This document shows, one piece after another, positions 1 to 9,402 of a stretch of DNA of 64,000 nucleotides (position 1 is its first letter; every line of letters starts with the position of its first letter). The position numbers and the translations under genes are program-made. The notes below the pieces were generated by a model. The model was not told where the DNA came from, searched no databases, and saw only the letters and a list, made by a program, of their open reading frames with translations. Location: assembly GCA_036702965.1 (NCBI GenBank), contig DATNPZ010000001.1:70313-134312 (forward strand), written 5' to 3'. Source of the stretch: Drouetiella sp. (GTDB taxonomy: Bacteria; Cyanobacteriota; Vampirovibrionia; Obscuribacterales; Obscuribacteraceae).

Positions 1-408
1 GCGAAACATTTCGCGAGTCATGCCCGTGAGCTTGAGTCCAATCTGCTCTTCACCACCAGGTCCACGAAATTGCCTTGTCACATCTTTATTATTCTGATCT
101 CGGTCGACGACTTGGACCGCTCCATCATTGAAGTCGCGGATAATTTTCAGGCGCGTTCCATTGTTAGTAATATCGATACTGGCAATGTATGGCATTTTGG
201 AATTGGCATTTGGCCGACGCGCTTCACGTTCGCTCGGGCGACCTTCACGCTCTGGAAAATCATAAAGAATCGCCCAGACAGCGCTGGCGATTGTTGATTT
301 GCCGTACTCATTGCTTTCGACAACCAGATTCAGCTTGTTGTTTTTAAACTCGATTTTTTCACCGGAGATGTTTCCGAAACCGGCGAAGTCAATCCTTTCA
401 ATCCACAT
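1..408 (-). CDS. SbcC/YhaN-like AAA ATPase, N-terminal fragment (continues beyond window edge)
   Basis: My own minus-strand translation from the ATG at 408 gives MWIERIDFAGFGNISGEKIEFKNNKLNLVVESNEYGKSTIASAVW... The Walker A motif (NEYGKST) sits where SbcC/Rad50-type ATPases have it. The start overlaps the stop of the upstream phosphoesterase gene by 11 nt (ATGTGGATTGA). It is absent from the ORF track because there is no stop inside the window. Confidence 0.6.
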   Translation of the reverse strand, partial: MWIERIDFAGFGNISGEKIEFKNNKLNLVVESNEYGKSTIASAVWAILYDFPEREGRPSEREARRPNANSKMPYIASIDITNNGTRLKIIRDFNDGAVQVVDRDQNNKDVTRQFRGPGGEEQIGLKLTGMTREMFR

Positions 409-1669
409 CGCGAACAGTCACCCTCTTTTGTCTAAGCGCATCCAAACCGTAATATAGAGCATCTTCAATTAAGCTAGCAGTTTCATCGATGGTATCAGAA
501 GTAGTATCAAAGTTTTCCACGTTTCTCTTCAACCGCAAAAGTCTGTCGACAAATTTCGCTTCAGTCGTTCGCTCGTCAAAATCCTCAGAGAGATAATCAG
601 GTCGGGTATAGTCCATCACAGCGACATTGTAATAGCGTTCGCGCAAGGTTTCTATCACTTGCTCTCGATTACTGTCGACGCGATAGTTTCCTTCCAGTTG
701 CAAAAACACAAGATCCGTCTCAATGCGACCACCCTGATCCGCGATACTCATTGTGATCTCTTCCAACATTTCTTCCCCGGTTAGACCTGAAATATCAGCG
801 TGAACCATGACCATGCGGCGGTTATCCAGCTCCAAAGGTTCAATGGTACATTGCCAAACGCCAAATTCGTTGGTTTGTATCGAACCAAGTAAGGCAAACC
901 GCGGACCCAGTTCGTCGAAACTGCGACCGGCAAGGGACCCCGAATACGCTCCGAGAATCTCACCGCCGCCCGACAAGACCTCTGTGTAATCTTGATAATG
1001 TCCAAGTGCCGTGTAGGTGAATTGAGCTGCTTGCAGTTCTTCTGCAGTGAATGGGCTGTAAGGAGCTAGCTCGTGAGCGCGGTCGGGTCCGGTGTAGCCG
1101 TCGATCGAGCCACACAGAAGAAGGATATTAACGTCGGCGTCCGCATCTTTTGGAATTGCAAATTCAAGAGGATGATCCGGCTGCGGTTCAGGCGATTGCA
1201 ACGCACGTCCGGTAAAAGTCACCTCTTGTAGAGCGGGATGTTTGTAGTTTGAAAATTCCAGAGTTTTGAAAATGTGGACGTTCTTCGACCATGTCGGCAG
1301 TCCGTGCAGCTTGAGGAAATTATCGTTATAAAACGACTCTTCCGAGTAGCAATCCCTGTCGCCTGGGGCGATTAGAACTGGAATGTCGCCAAGTTCGGCG
1401 AATCCGGCAACAACCCTCTGCACAGTGTGCATTCGAATCGTTTCGTTATGCCATAGATCCCCTGGAACAAGAACAAAATCGACTTCTTCCTGCTTTGCTA
1501 CTTCCAGGGCGAGTAGAAAAACCTCGAGCAACTCTCGTCTCCGCACCTTCCTTTCGGGCAGAGATAGAGGCAACTTGAGAAAACTAAGCTGTGAATCCAG
1601 ATGAACATCTGAAAGCTGGAGAAACCTCAGTTGTCTGGATTCTTTCGACACGCTCTTCCTGATGCTCAA
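398..1669 (-). CDS. SbcD/Mre11/YhaO-like metallophosphoesterase (DNA repair exonuclease family)
   Basis: 423 aa. Calcineurin-like phosphoesterase motifs LSDVHLD, VLVPGDLWH and LIAPGDRD are in the N-terminal third. The gene is translationally coupled to a Walker-A ATPase gene downstream. Confidence 0.75.
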   Translation of the reverse strand: MSIRKSVSKESRQLRFLQLSDVHLDSQLSFLKLPLSLPERKVRRRELLEVFLLALEVAKQEEVDFVLVPGDLWHNETIRMHTVQRVVAGFAELGDIPVLIAPGDRDCYSEESFYNDNFLKLHGLPTWSKNVHIFKTLEFSNYKHPALQEVTFTGRALQSPEPQPDHPLEFAIPKDADADVNILLLCGSIDGYTGPDRAHELAPYSPFTAEELQAAQFTYTALGHYQDYTEVLSGGGEILGAYSGSLAGRSFDELGPRFALLGSIQTNEFGVWQCTIEPLELDNRRMVMVHADISGLTGEEMLEEITMSIADQGGRIETDLVFLQLEGNYRVDSNREQVIETLRERYYNVAVMDYTRPDYLSEDFDERTTEAKFVDRLLRLKRNVENFDTTSDTIDETASLIEDALYYGLDALRQKRVTVRDVD

Positions 1670-1679
1670 CGAGCGATTT

Positions 1680-1905
1680 GACTGCGTTTATCCCAGAATA
1701 GTGCAGGCACGTTACCCAGCGACCAGAGCTCGACGCCAGTGGCACTAACTTGCCTACGACCAGAGTTCGAGACAGTGGCACTGACTTGCCCTACGACCAG
1801 AGTTCGGCAAAAGTGGCACTGACCAGCCCTATGACTCGAGTTAGACGACAGTGGCACTGACTTGCCCTACGACTCGAGTTCGACAACAGTGGCAATGCCT
1901 TGCCC
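1680..1905. repeat. Tandem array, ~36-38 bp unit, ~5-6 copies, seeded from the thiolase 3' coding end plus stop
   Basis: The landmark AGTGGCA occurs at 1738, 1774, 1812, 1850 and 1888. The copy at 1867-1905 is the thiolase C-terminus ([12 protein letters not shown]) plus TAG. The outermost copy (~1680-1716) is degenerate. Confidence 0.85.
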
Positions 1906-3075
1906 TACGCCGATGCACATCGTCGCCAATCCATAGCGAGAACCGCGTCGTTTCATTTCGTGAATGAGCGTGCCGAGAATGCGCGAGCCGCTGCTTCCCA
2001 GAGGATGTCCTAGCGCGATAGCGCCACCATTCACGTTTACTTTCTTGCTATCCAATCCCAGTTCTCGCATGCAGCAGAGTACCTGCACAGCAAATGCTTC
2101 GTTCAATTCGATCAAATCGAGGTCTGAAATTTTCAGACCAGCTCGCTCGACAGCCTTACGGGTAGCTGGTATCGGTCCAGTGCCCATGATTGATGGATCG
2201 ACTCCAGCGACTGCAGAGCTGACAAATCTCGCGATAGGAATAAGACCAAGCTCTTTGCACTTCTCACGCGACATGATCAATAAGGCGCTTGCACCATCAT
2301 TGATACCAGAAGAATTGCCGGCAGTAACGGAGCCATTTTCACGAAACGCGGCTTTGAGCTTCTTCAAGTCTTCCAGCTTGGTTTCTGGACGAGGCTGTTC
2401 GTCAACAGAGAACAATTCAGGCTCAGCGCTTCCTTTTTTCTTCGGCAATTGAACAGGGACTATTTCATTCTCGAACTTACCAAGACGCGCAGCCTCAGCG
2501 TATCTCATCTGACTTTCAATCGCGTACTGATCTTGATCTTCGCGAGAAATCTTGAATCGTTCGGCGACATTCTCCGCAGTTTCACCCATCGAATCAGGTG
2601 GGAACATATCGGCAAGCTTCTTGTTCACGAAGCGCCAACCAAGCGTCGAATCGACGAGTTTCTGATTGCCGCGAGCAAAAGCTGTCGTATTTTTGAGCAC
2701 TACGTATGGTGCGCGAGTCATCGACTCGACGCCGCCAGCGATGTAAATGTCGCCATCGCCAACCTGGATCGCGCGACAAGCATCGTTGACTGCCATCAAA
2801 CCCGATCCGCAAAGTCGATTCACCGTGGCGCCAGGAACAGCGGCAGGCAAACCAGCAAGCAGCAAAGCCATTCTAGCCACGTTGCGATTATCCTCGCCAG
2901 CTTGATTGGTGCAACCGAGGATAACATCTTCGATCTGACCGGGGTTGACGAAGTTACGCTTGAGTATTTCTTCGATCACAACCGAGGCTAAATCGTCCGG
3001 TCGAATATCCTTCAACGCGCCACCGTAACGTCCTATCGGCGTACGTACAGCATCAACGATCACTGCTTCTTTCAT
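1867..3075 (-). CDS. Acetyl-CoA acetyltransferase (thiolase)
   Basis: 402 aa. Thiolase signatures are NRLCGSGL (active-site Cys), [15 protein letters not shown] and CIGVGQGIA. Confidence 0.95.
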   Translation of the reverse strand: MKEAVIVDAVRTPIGRYGGALKDIRPDDLASVVIEEILKRNFVNPGQIEDVILGCTNQAGEDNRNVARMALLLAGLPAAVPGATVNRLCGSGLMAVNDACRAIQVGDGDIYIAGGVESMTRAPYVVLKNTTAFARGNQKLVDSTLGWRFVNKKLADMFPPDSMGETAENVAERFKISREDQDQYAIESQMRYAEAARLGKFENEIVPVQLPKKKGSAEPELFSVDEQPRPETKLEDLKKLKAAFRENGSVTAGNSSGINDGASALLIMSREKCKELGLIPIARFVSSAVAGVDPSIMGTGPIPATRKAVERAGLKISDLDLIELNEAFAVQVLCCMRELGLDSKKVNVNGGAIALGHPLGSSGSRILGTLIHEMKRRGSRYGLATMCIGVGQGIATVVELES

Positions 3076-3083
3076 GGCAACCT

Positions 3084-5054
3084 CTAATTGTATTGGCGCC
3101 GGCTAGGCGCTGCTATCCAAACTTCACTGTCACTGCTTAAAGCGCTTAGCACCGCCTCTGGTGCTGCAGAATTCGCAGCGACAGCTCTTCTAACTTCTGG
3201 TGTTTTGTCTTTTGCCAACTGCTCGAGCAGGTCACCTGGCATGTGAGGATTGCCTGCAGCAGCGATACGTACAACATCCTCATCTGATGCGAGTTTACGC
3301 AAGTCTTCAGGCGATGTAACTCGATTCATGGCGACCGTCGCACGAACCGAGGAGGAAGAATCAGACGCGAGCTTTGCAAGAGTCCCGACTGCAGTTGCTG
3401 GATTCAATGCCGCTGCCAAACGCACCGTGGCGTCATTGTCTCGTGCCAGAATATCCAGAACACCTGCGGTGGCTCTGTTGGTCTGCGCAAAAACAATTTT
3501 GAAAGCTGGGTCCTTGCAGTTTGCCAATTTTTCCAGAACTGAGTCTGCAGGCTTGTCACTGCGGGTGAGCAAGCGTTGCTGCACGTTCGAGTCGAGGTTG
3601 TCTGCGAGGGCAAGCAAAACAGCATCCGAGCTGTTCGGGTTGGAGGCAAGTGCTCGTTGCACAAGTACGGATCTGTCATTCGTCAAAGAAGAGAGAATGT
3701 TTGCATCTACTGACGGATTAGCGGCCAGGGCAAGACGAACATCTTCGTTAGTATCCTTAGCTAAGTTCGAGTAGATATTCGAACGCCAGGCTGGAGGTGT
3801 CGCATCTCTTTTGAAAGTATTGGTAGCAAGGGCGGTGCGGACTGTGGCGGCAGCGTCAGTCGATAGTTTCTTAGCCTCTGCTTCAGGTAGAGACTTGTTA
3901 GCAGCGACAGCAGTTCTCACAAGCGGCGAAACATCGCTTGCAAGTGCCGACCACATGGACGACGTTAAGGTCGGGCGAGCCGCAATCAGTTGAGACATGG
4001 CAGTCGAATTGGTCTTCAGCAGTTTAGCAACGATATCATCGGCGGTACCAACGTTGCGCGCCACGGCCTCTCGCACACGATAATCCTGATCAGCAGAAAG
4101 CTTTTCCACGACTGTGTTAGGAAGATTTTGATTTGTCGCCAGAGCCCAGCGTACTCGCATGTGTTTGTCCGCGGCGAGTTGCTCTATTAAGGAAGGATCT
4201 TCTTTTAATGCCGTCGGATTCTGAGCCACTTCCAACCGCACTTCCCATCGTGGGTCAGCAGACAGCTTCTTCAGCGCCGCAATCGGAGTAGCGCGATTCG
4301 AGGCGATGCCTTCACGCACGACTTCATTATTGTCGTGGGATAAAACTTCAAGTGCAGCAGAAGGTGTGTTTGGATTTTGCGCAACAAAAGTGCGAACTCC
4401 GAGATCACCATCCTGAGCCAATACGGCTAGAGCAGCAGGAGAAAGTTTTTGCTGTCGTGCCAAAAAAGTACGGACCAATCGATCTCCGACTTTTGACAGA
4501 CGCAAAACCTGATCCGGCGGAAGATGCGGATTGCGAGCGAGGGACAGAAGAAGATATTCAGTTTGAATTGGACCGAGTGCGAGTTTCGTCAGGACATCCG
4601 GCGAAGTCTTGGCGTTAGACGCGAGGGCTTCGACAATCTTCGGTTGCTTCGAACTGGCTAGAAAAGCCAGTGTTGCAGGGCTTACCCAGCGGGGATTGAT
4701 TAGAACGGCTTCGCTTACAAGATCGTTGTCGTCATGCGCGAGTCTATCCTTGTCCGCGTCCGCAGTATTGACGTTAGCAGCGACAGCACCGCGTATTTCG
4801 TCAGCGGAATCAGTAGAAAGCTTACTCAAAATTTGTGGTGGACAATGCGGATTCTGCGCGACAGCCAATCGAACTAGCATTGCAGGTCCAAAAAATTCTA
4901 TAGATGGAGCCGATGAACTGCCACCAAGAACATCCGCCGCAGGTGCTCCAACATTGCTGGATTCAGCCCCAAAAGCGGCTAATGGAGCCAGCACCACTGT
5001 TGATGCGACCAGGACATTTACCAATCGCAAATTCACATCTTTCTTGAACGACAT
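3084..5054 (-). CDS. Secreted HEAT / leucine-rich-repeat-variant-like repeat protein
   Basis: 656 aa. A signal-like N-terminus ([19 protein letters not shown]) is followed by roughly 20 degenerate ~30-aa repeats of the form VRxAVAxNPxxPxxxLxxLaxD. Confidence 0.6.
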   Translation of the reverse strand: MSFKKDVNLRLVNVLVASTVVLAPLAAFGAESSNVGAPAADVLGGSSSAPSIEFFGPAMLVRLAVAQNPHCPPQILSKLSTDSADEIRGAVAANVNTADADKDRLAHDDNDLVSEAVLINPRWVSPATLAFLASSKQPKIVEALASNAKTSPDVLTKLALGPIQTEYLLLSLARNPHLPPDQVLRLSKVGDRLVRTFLARQQKLSPAALAVLAQDGDLGVRTFVAQNPNTPSAALEVLSHDNNEVVREGIASNRATPIAALKKLSADPRWEVRLEVAQNPTALKEDPSLIEQLAADKHMRVRWALATNQNLPNTVVEKLSADQDYRVREAVARNVGTADDIVAKLLKTNSTAMSQLIAARPTLTSSMWSALASDVSPLVRTAVAANKSLPEAEAKKLSTDAAATVRTALATNTFKRDATPPAWRSNIYSNLAKDTNEDVRLALAANPSVDANILSSLTNDRSVLVQRALASNPNSSDAVLLALADNLDSNVQQRLLTRSDKPADSVLEKLANCKDPAFKIVFAQTNRATAGVLDILARDNDATVRLAAALNPATAVGTLAKLASDSSSSVRATVAMNRVTSPEDLRKLASDEDVVRIAAAGNPHMPGDLLEQLAKDKTPEVRRAVAANSAAPEAVLSALSSDSEVWIAAPSRRQYN

Positions 5055-5160
5055 GTCACTCTCCCGTTGCCCAAGATCACCAGAGCTTGATATCTCGGCG
5101 AACCACAGCCAATTTTAGCCTGTTCAGGCTTGCAAATTCAGCACAACATGAAAATGAATC

Positions 5161-5478
5161 ATCAAGAAGCCTGGTGGATTACTTGAATCGGAGCATGGGA
5201 TTAAGAGACCTGTTGAATTTCACGAATCAGAGCATGGGATTAAGAGTCCTTGGTGGATTTCTCGAATCAGAGCAAGGGATTAGGAGTCCTTGGTGGATTT
5301 CTCGAATCAGAGCAAGGGATTAAGAGTCCTTGGTGGATTTCTCGAATCAGAGCATGGGATTAAGAGTCCTTGGTGAATTTCTCGAATCGGAGCAAGGGAT
5401 TAAGAGGCCTGGTGAATTTCTCGAATCAGAGCAAGGGATTAAGAGGCCTGGTGGATTTCTCGAATCAGAGCAAGCAGG
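5161..5478. repeat. Tandem array, 39-40 bp unit, 8 copies, seeded from the 3' coding end plus stop of the 5439..7301 gene
   Basis: The landmark TTAAGAG/TTAGGAG occurs at 5201, 5240, 5280, 5320, 5360, 5400 and 5439, and there is a degenerate copy at 5161. The copy at 5439-5478 encodes LLALIREIHQAS plus TAA on the minus strand. Confidence 0.9.
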
Positions 5479-7301
5479 ATATCCCGATTCAATTCCTGAC
5501 TTACGTATTCGATGTACTTCACCTGCCAGTTTTCAATGTCTTTGATAATCACTGACAACGATGTCTGCGCAGACCGAGCTGCCGCCATATCGACTCCAAC
5601 TTCGCCACCAGCACCCATCGTGAAAATTCGCGCGCGACCAGAGTATCCAATACTGTCGCGCAGAGCCAGACGCAAAAACGCAAGACTGAGATTTGGGGTA
5701 ATTTTCTCTCCAACAGCGACAACAAGCTGCTGGAACTTGTCGAGAGGTCCGTGCAGATCCACTTTCGGCACCTTCAAAAGCTCGTGATGCAAAAGCAAAT
5801 TAACGGCAGTTGTCAGCTCAGATGTGGTGATATCACCCATGTACTTGATGGCAGTAGCTAGTGTCGTCAAACCATCCATTGCAGCCCAGACACGCTGTGC
5901 TCGCTCCATCTCCGCGGTGGAGACGGGCTTCTTCTCCTGTGGATCTTCCAACTGAGTTTCGAGTATCTCTTTTTCGTCAGGCACTTTCTCAAGAACAGAG
6001 TTCATTCCCTTCGGCAATTTCTTCAATACGGAATCCGTGTTGTCTTTTGCCAGCGCAGCATCGAGCAACAGCTTGTCCAGAGGCTTGCTCGTCTTACACG
6101 CTTCTTTGGCCAGATCGGCTGGTGGTGTGCGTTGAATGAATACGAAAATTCCTTCTGTCCACGACGACGCAAATTCAGTGACGGCCGAATTGCCAACAAC
6201 TTTTCCAACCTTTGCGTGCGTGATTCGACCAATCTCGAACATGGCTCGGAATTGCATATCTTTGTATTCAACAGAGAGCACGCCGGTTTCACGGTTGGTG
6301 GCAATATTTTGCAAAAGATTGGAAGGATCTGTTGTACCAAGGTGGCCGACAAGCGACTGCACTTGCGTCTCTTCGCCAGAGGTCTTGACCAACTTCACCT
6401 TTTCGGATTCAGATGATTGACCGTAGAACGAAAGATCCTGCAAAGCAATTTCGAGCTGCCGCGTGTTGAAAAATCCCTTCTTCACTGCAAGCGGACCGAT
6501 AGTGACGCGGTCTTTGACAGGAGTGGACTGGAGCTCAAACAGCAATTCGTCTAATTGATCTTGAGTCACCAGCCGTGATGCTAAAAGCAAATCCTTCAAA
6601 CTGAATGGAGTTTGATTGCGGAAGCAATTAACAAGAAACGGAACTTTGTTGAAAATCGGATAAATTGCTCGACTTTGCTCTAGTGCTTTCAACTCCTCGA
6701 TCAGCTCCTCTGCATCCATTTTCGATTGAGTTGTGAGTCGATGACTGATTGTGCTCAGTGGGGTGTAATTGTCGATAGCCGCGATAACGGCATTTCGTCG
6801 GCGAGGCTGATCCATCCCGGCTTTCAGTTTTATGCCGAGGTGAGTCAGGACTGGAACTGTTGACATCAACACCTGTTGTGACAGGTCCGTGCTCTCTTCG
6901 CTGAATCCGCCACTCTTTCCGAGGACGGATTGCACGTTGCGCGCGAGCGGTGCAGAGTAATCAAACAGCTCGGAATGATTTTCGAAAATGTGAAAGTTGA
7001 GCGAGCCCATCAAAGTATCTCGTACAATGGCGACCGCTTTATCAGACTTGAGAAAAACCAGGGCGCCCTGTACTTCAAGAAGCTGGTTTGCGAGGTGACC
7101 TGCTTCAATCAGAACTTCTGCGGGGAACAAGTATCCGCAGGCAGTCGCATCGATCAAGACCGCATCAAATAGATGCTTACCACCGGCGAGCCCTTGCAAT
7201 TCGGCGATCAAATCCGCCCCATATTTGAGAACAACAACGTTCTCCTGGGCCATCATGCGGCTTAACCGCTCGGTTATAACCTCGTTGGATTCGACTACCA
7301 T
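5439..7301 (-). CDS. DUF4388-like domain protein with receiver-like N-terminus
   Basis: The segment TGVLSVEYKDMQFRAMFEIGRITHAKVGKVVGNSAVTEFASSWTEGIFVF matches the DUF4388 pattern as I remember it. One GspE-N/MshEN-like helix pair is present (LVTQDQLDELLFELQ...GFFNTRQLEIALQ). The ORF track starts at TTG 7343, and the first ATG (MVVESNEV) is at 7301. Confidence 0.55.
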   Translation of the reverse strand: MVVESNEVITERLSRMMAQENVVVLKYGADLIAELQGLAGGKHLFDAVLIDATACGYLFPAEVLIEAGHLANQLLEVQGALVFLKSDKAVAIVRDTLMGSLNFHIFENHSELFDYSAPLARNVQSVLGKSGGFSEESTDLSQQVLMSTVPVLTHLGIKLKAGMDQPRRRNAVIAAIDNYTPLSTISHRLTTQSKMDAEELIEELKALEQSRAIYPIFNKVPFLVNCFRNQTPFSLKDLLLASRLVTQDQLDELLFELQSTPVKDRVTIGPLAVKKGFFNTRQLEIALQDLSFYGQSSESEKVKLVKTSGEETQVQSLVGHLGTTDPSNLLQNIATNRETGVLSVEYKDMQFRAMFEIGRITHAKVGKVVGNSAVTEFASSWTEGIFVFIQRTPPADLAKEACKTSKPLDKLLLDAALAKDNTDSVLKKLPKGMNSVLEKVPDEKEILETQLEDPQEKKPVSTAEMERAQRVWAAMDGLTTLATAIKYMGDITTSELTTAVNLLLHHELLKVPKVDLHGPLDKFQQLVVAVGEKITPNLSLAFLRLALRDSIGYSGRARIFTMGAGGEVGVDMAAARSAQTSLSVIIKDIENWQVKYIEYVSQELNRDILLALIREIHQAS

Positions 7302-7466
7302 CGCCCTCAGCTCAACAGCCGCCAGATTCGGACACCCCGCCAACAGGTAGTATGCCCAGGAAAGTACGATAGCAAATCCTTACGGTAAACTTCCGGTATT
7401 GGCTTTTGCGGAAGTTGCTTTGAATTGCCATAATCTAGACTTATCAGACGCAGAAAGTCGGAGCGG

Positions 7467-9242
7467 ATGTCGAATCGAATGAAAATTTCCGGTCTCCGAT
7501 TAGTCAAATCATTCTCAGTCGTAAGTTGCTGTAGTGTTCTTGGCGGGTTGTTGTGCGGCGCTGCTGTGGCGCAAAATCAAACGTGGACACAGTCGCCGAA
7601 TCCTATGCAAAACCAATATGGGATGCAGTCCTCAAATAACTCGCAAAATCAGTACGGGATGCAGTCCCCGAGTAACTCGCAAAATCGATATGGGATGCAG
7701 TCCCCGAGTAACTCGCAAAATCAACATGGGATGCAATCCCCGAATAACTCGCAAAATCAATATGGGATGCAGTCCCCAAATAACTTGCAAAATCGATATG
7801 GAATGCAGTCCCCAAACAACTCGCAAAATCAGTACGGGATGCAGTCCCCAAACAACTCGCAAAATCAGTATGGGCTGCAGTTTCCAAACAACTCGCAAAA
7901 TCAGTACGGGATGCAGTCCCCAAACAACTCGCAAAATCAATATGGGATGCAGTTCCCGAATAACTCGCAAAATCAATACGGGGTGCAGTCCCCAAATAAC
8001 TCGCAGAATCAATATGGGATGCAGTCCCCGAATAACTCGCAAAATCAATATGGGATGCAGTCCCCGAATAACTCGCAAAATCAATATGGAATGCAATCCC
8101 CGAATAGCTCACAAAATCAGTATGGAATGCAATCCCCGAATAGCTCACAAAATCAGTATGGAATGCAGTCCCCGAGTAACTCGCCCTTTAGTACTTCGAA
8201 TCTTCAGGACGAAGCAAACTTGAATCCCGAGGCTAAATCACTTTTTTCACAAGCTGTTCGACTCTTAAAGACCAACAAAGCTTATCAAGCCAGAGATCTA
8301 CTTGAACGCGCTTCGATGCTCGCTCCCAAGTCAGCGGAAATACACTGCAATCTTGGTTTGGCTTATCAAAATTCCGGCAATATGCAAAAAGCGTTGACTG
8401 AATTCAAAACAGCGCTGACACTCAATCCCAGCATGCCCGAAGCGAAACTGAACCTAGCTGGATGTTACCAGAGCATGGGTGCAAACAAAGATGCGATTAC
8501 ATGGTATTCAGCTTATTTACTGGATAGAGACGCAAACGATCCCCAGCGAAAGCAAATAGACGATATCATCACGGCGCTGAAGCAAACGAATCCAAAGACC
8601 GGCGGAGATGCAAATGCGGGCGACTATTTTACTAGTGTCACCGCCGACGGTGCATTTCGATGGACAAAAGAAAAGTTGCCAATCAAAGTTTACGTTCAAA
8701 ACGCGATTGTAAACTCTGCCGGGAATCCCGTTTCAGGATTTAAACAATCGTTTCGGACTTCCCTTCTCAGCGCATTCAAAGATTGGTGCGAAGCTTCCAA
8801 CAATCGCATAGCCTACGTTGTAGTTCCTGATAAAGAGCACGCTGATATTTACTGCACCTGGACGTCAGACCCGATAGAAGTAACTGATAATGGCACTTCC
8901 AGCGAGCGCGGAGCTGCGAAAGTAATAGTTAAAGGAAATAACATCGAGCGCGCTACTTTAAAAATCCTGACTCGCCCAGTACTCGAAGATGGCTTGCTGA
9001 GCGAGGATGATATGACCAAAGCATGTTTGCACGAAGTTGGACACGTTTTGGGACTTCAGGGTCACTCAACGAATAACCACGACGTTATGTTCTTCACGGT
9101 AGATACAGCAACCGTTTGGCCGGTTTTATCGAGAAGGGACAAATCAACGATTGCCAAGCTGTATAAAGACTATCCAGTCATGACAACGATGTCAGCAAAG
9201 AAGAAGGGTTCGACGAACGCGCGCGGAGCCCACCAGCGCTGA
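7467..9242 (+). CDS. Secreted Q/N-repeat - TPR - metzincin (matrixin-like) zinc metalloprotease
   Basis: 591 aa. The signal peptide ends ...GAAVA-Q. It is followed by 16 copies of QNQYGMQSPNNS, then TPR repeats (AEIHCNLGLAYQNSGNMQKALTEFKTALTLNP), then a C-terminal HEVGHVLGLQGH (HExxHxxGxxH) motif with a Met-turn candidate VMF. Confidence 0.75.
   Translation: MSNRMKISGLRLVKSFSVVSCCSVLGGLLCGAAVAQNQTWTQSPNPMQNQYGMQSSNNSQNQYGMQSPSNSQNRYGMQSPSNSQNQHGMQSPNNSQNQYGMQSPNNLQNRYGMQSPNNSQNQYGMQSPNNSQNQYGLQFPNNSQNQYGMQSPNNSQNQYGMQFPNNSQNQYGVQSPNNSQNQYGMQSPNNSQNQYGMQSPNNSQNQYGMQSPNSSQNQYGMQSPNSSQNQYGMQSPSNSPFSTSNLQDEANLNPEAKSLFSQAVRLLKTNKAYQARDLLERASMLAPKSAEIHCNLGLAYQNSGNMQKALTEFKTALTLNPSMPEAKLNLAGCYQSMGANKDAITWYSAYLLDRDANDPQRKQIDDIITALKQTNPKTGGDANAGDYFTSVTADGAFRWTKEKLPIKVYVQNAIVNSAGNPVSGFKQSFRTSLLSAFKDWCEASNNRIAYVVVPDKEHADIYCTWTSDPIEVTDNGTSSERGAAKVIVKGNNIERATLKILTRPVLEDGLLSEDDMTKACLHEVGHVLGLQGHSTNNHDVMFFTVDTATVWPVLSRRDKSTIAKLYKDYPVMTTMSAKKKGSTNARGAHQR
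7572..8183 (+). repeat. In-frame 36-nt coding tandem repeat (16 full copies plus 1 degenerate)
   Basis: The nucleotide unit caaaatcaatatgggatgcagtccccgaataactcg is repeated head-to-tail and encodes QNQYGMQSPNNS. All three frames on both strands give long spurious ORFs here. Confidence 0.95.
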
Positions 9243-9284
9243 TGGCTGAATCCACGACAGAGCCAAACTCTTGCGCCTGTCCGA

Positions 9285-9308
9285 AAATTTGTAGATATCT
9301 CTTAATTT
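9285..9308. repeat. Dispersed palindromic element copy (AAATTAAGnGATATCnCTTAATTT family)
   Basis: The sequence is aaatttgtaGATATCtcttaattt. The right half is perfect and the left half is degenerate. It is intergenic. Confidence 0.6.
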
Positions 9309-9402
9309 CCGAACCCAATCTCTTGGATACTTAATTGCCTGTAATTACTTGACAGCTCAATTTGACTTAAACTGCAGTGGTCTTTAGATAACGAAGGCTC
9401 TG

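Noticed and set aside
70-297. 75-aa plus-strand ORF at the window start
   Set aside because: It lies antisense within the Walker-A ATPase N-terminus, which has clear motif support.
1680-1905. Diversity-generating retroelement (VR at a gene 3' end plus a downstream TR) as an explanation for the gene-end repeats
   Set aside because: There is no reverse transcriptase gene nearby. The copies are multiple, short (26-65 bp) and directly tandem. The mismatches between copies are not confined to adenine positions.
7534-8223. Long ORFs in alternative frames and strands across the 36-nt repeat (7534..8223 +, 7603..8148 -, 7632..8096 -)
   Set aside because: They are artefacts of the periodic sequence. 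Only the 7467..9242 frame connects a signal peptide to the TPR and HExxH domains.
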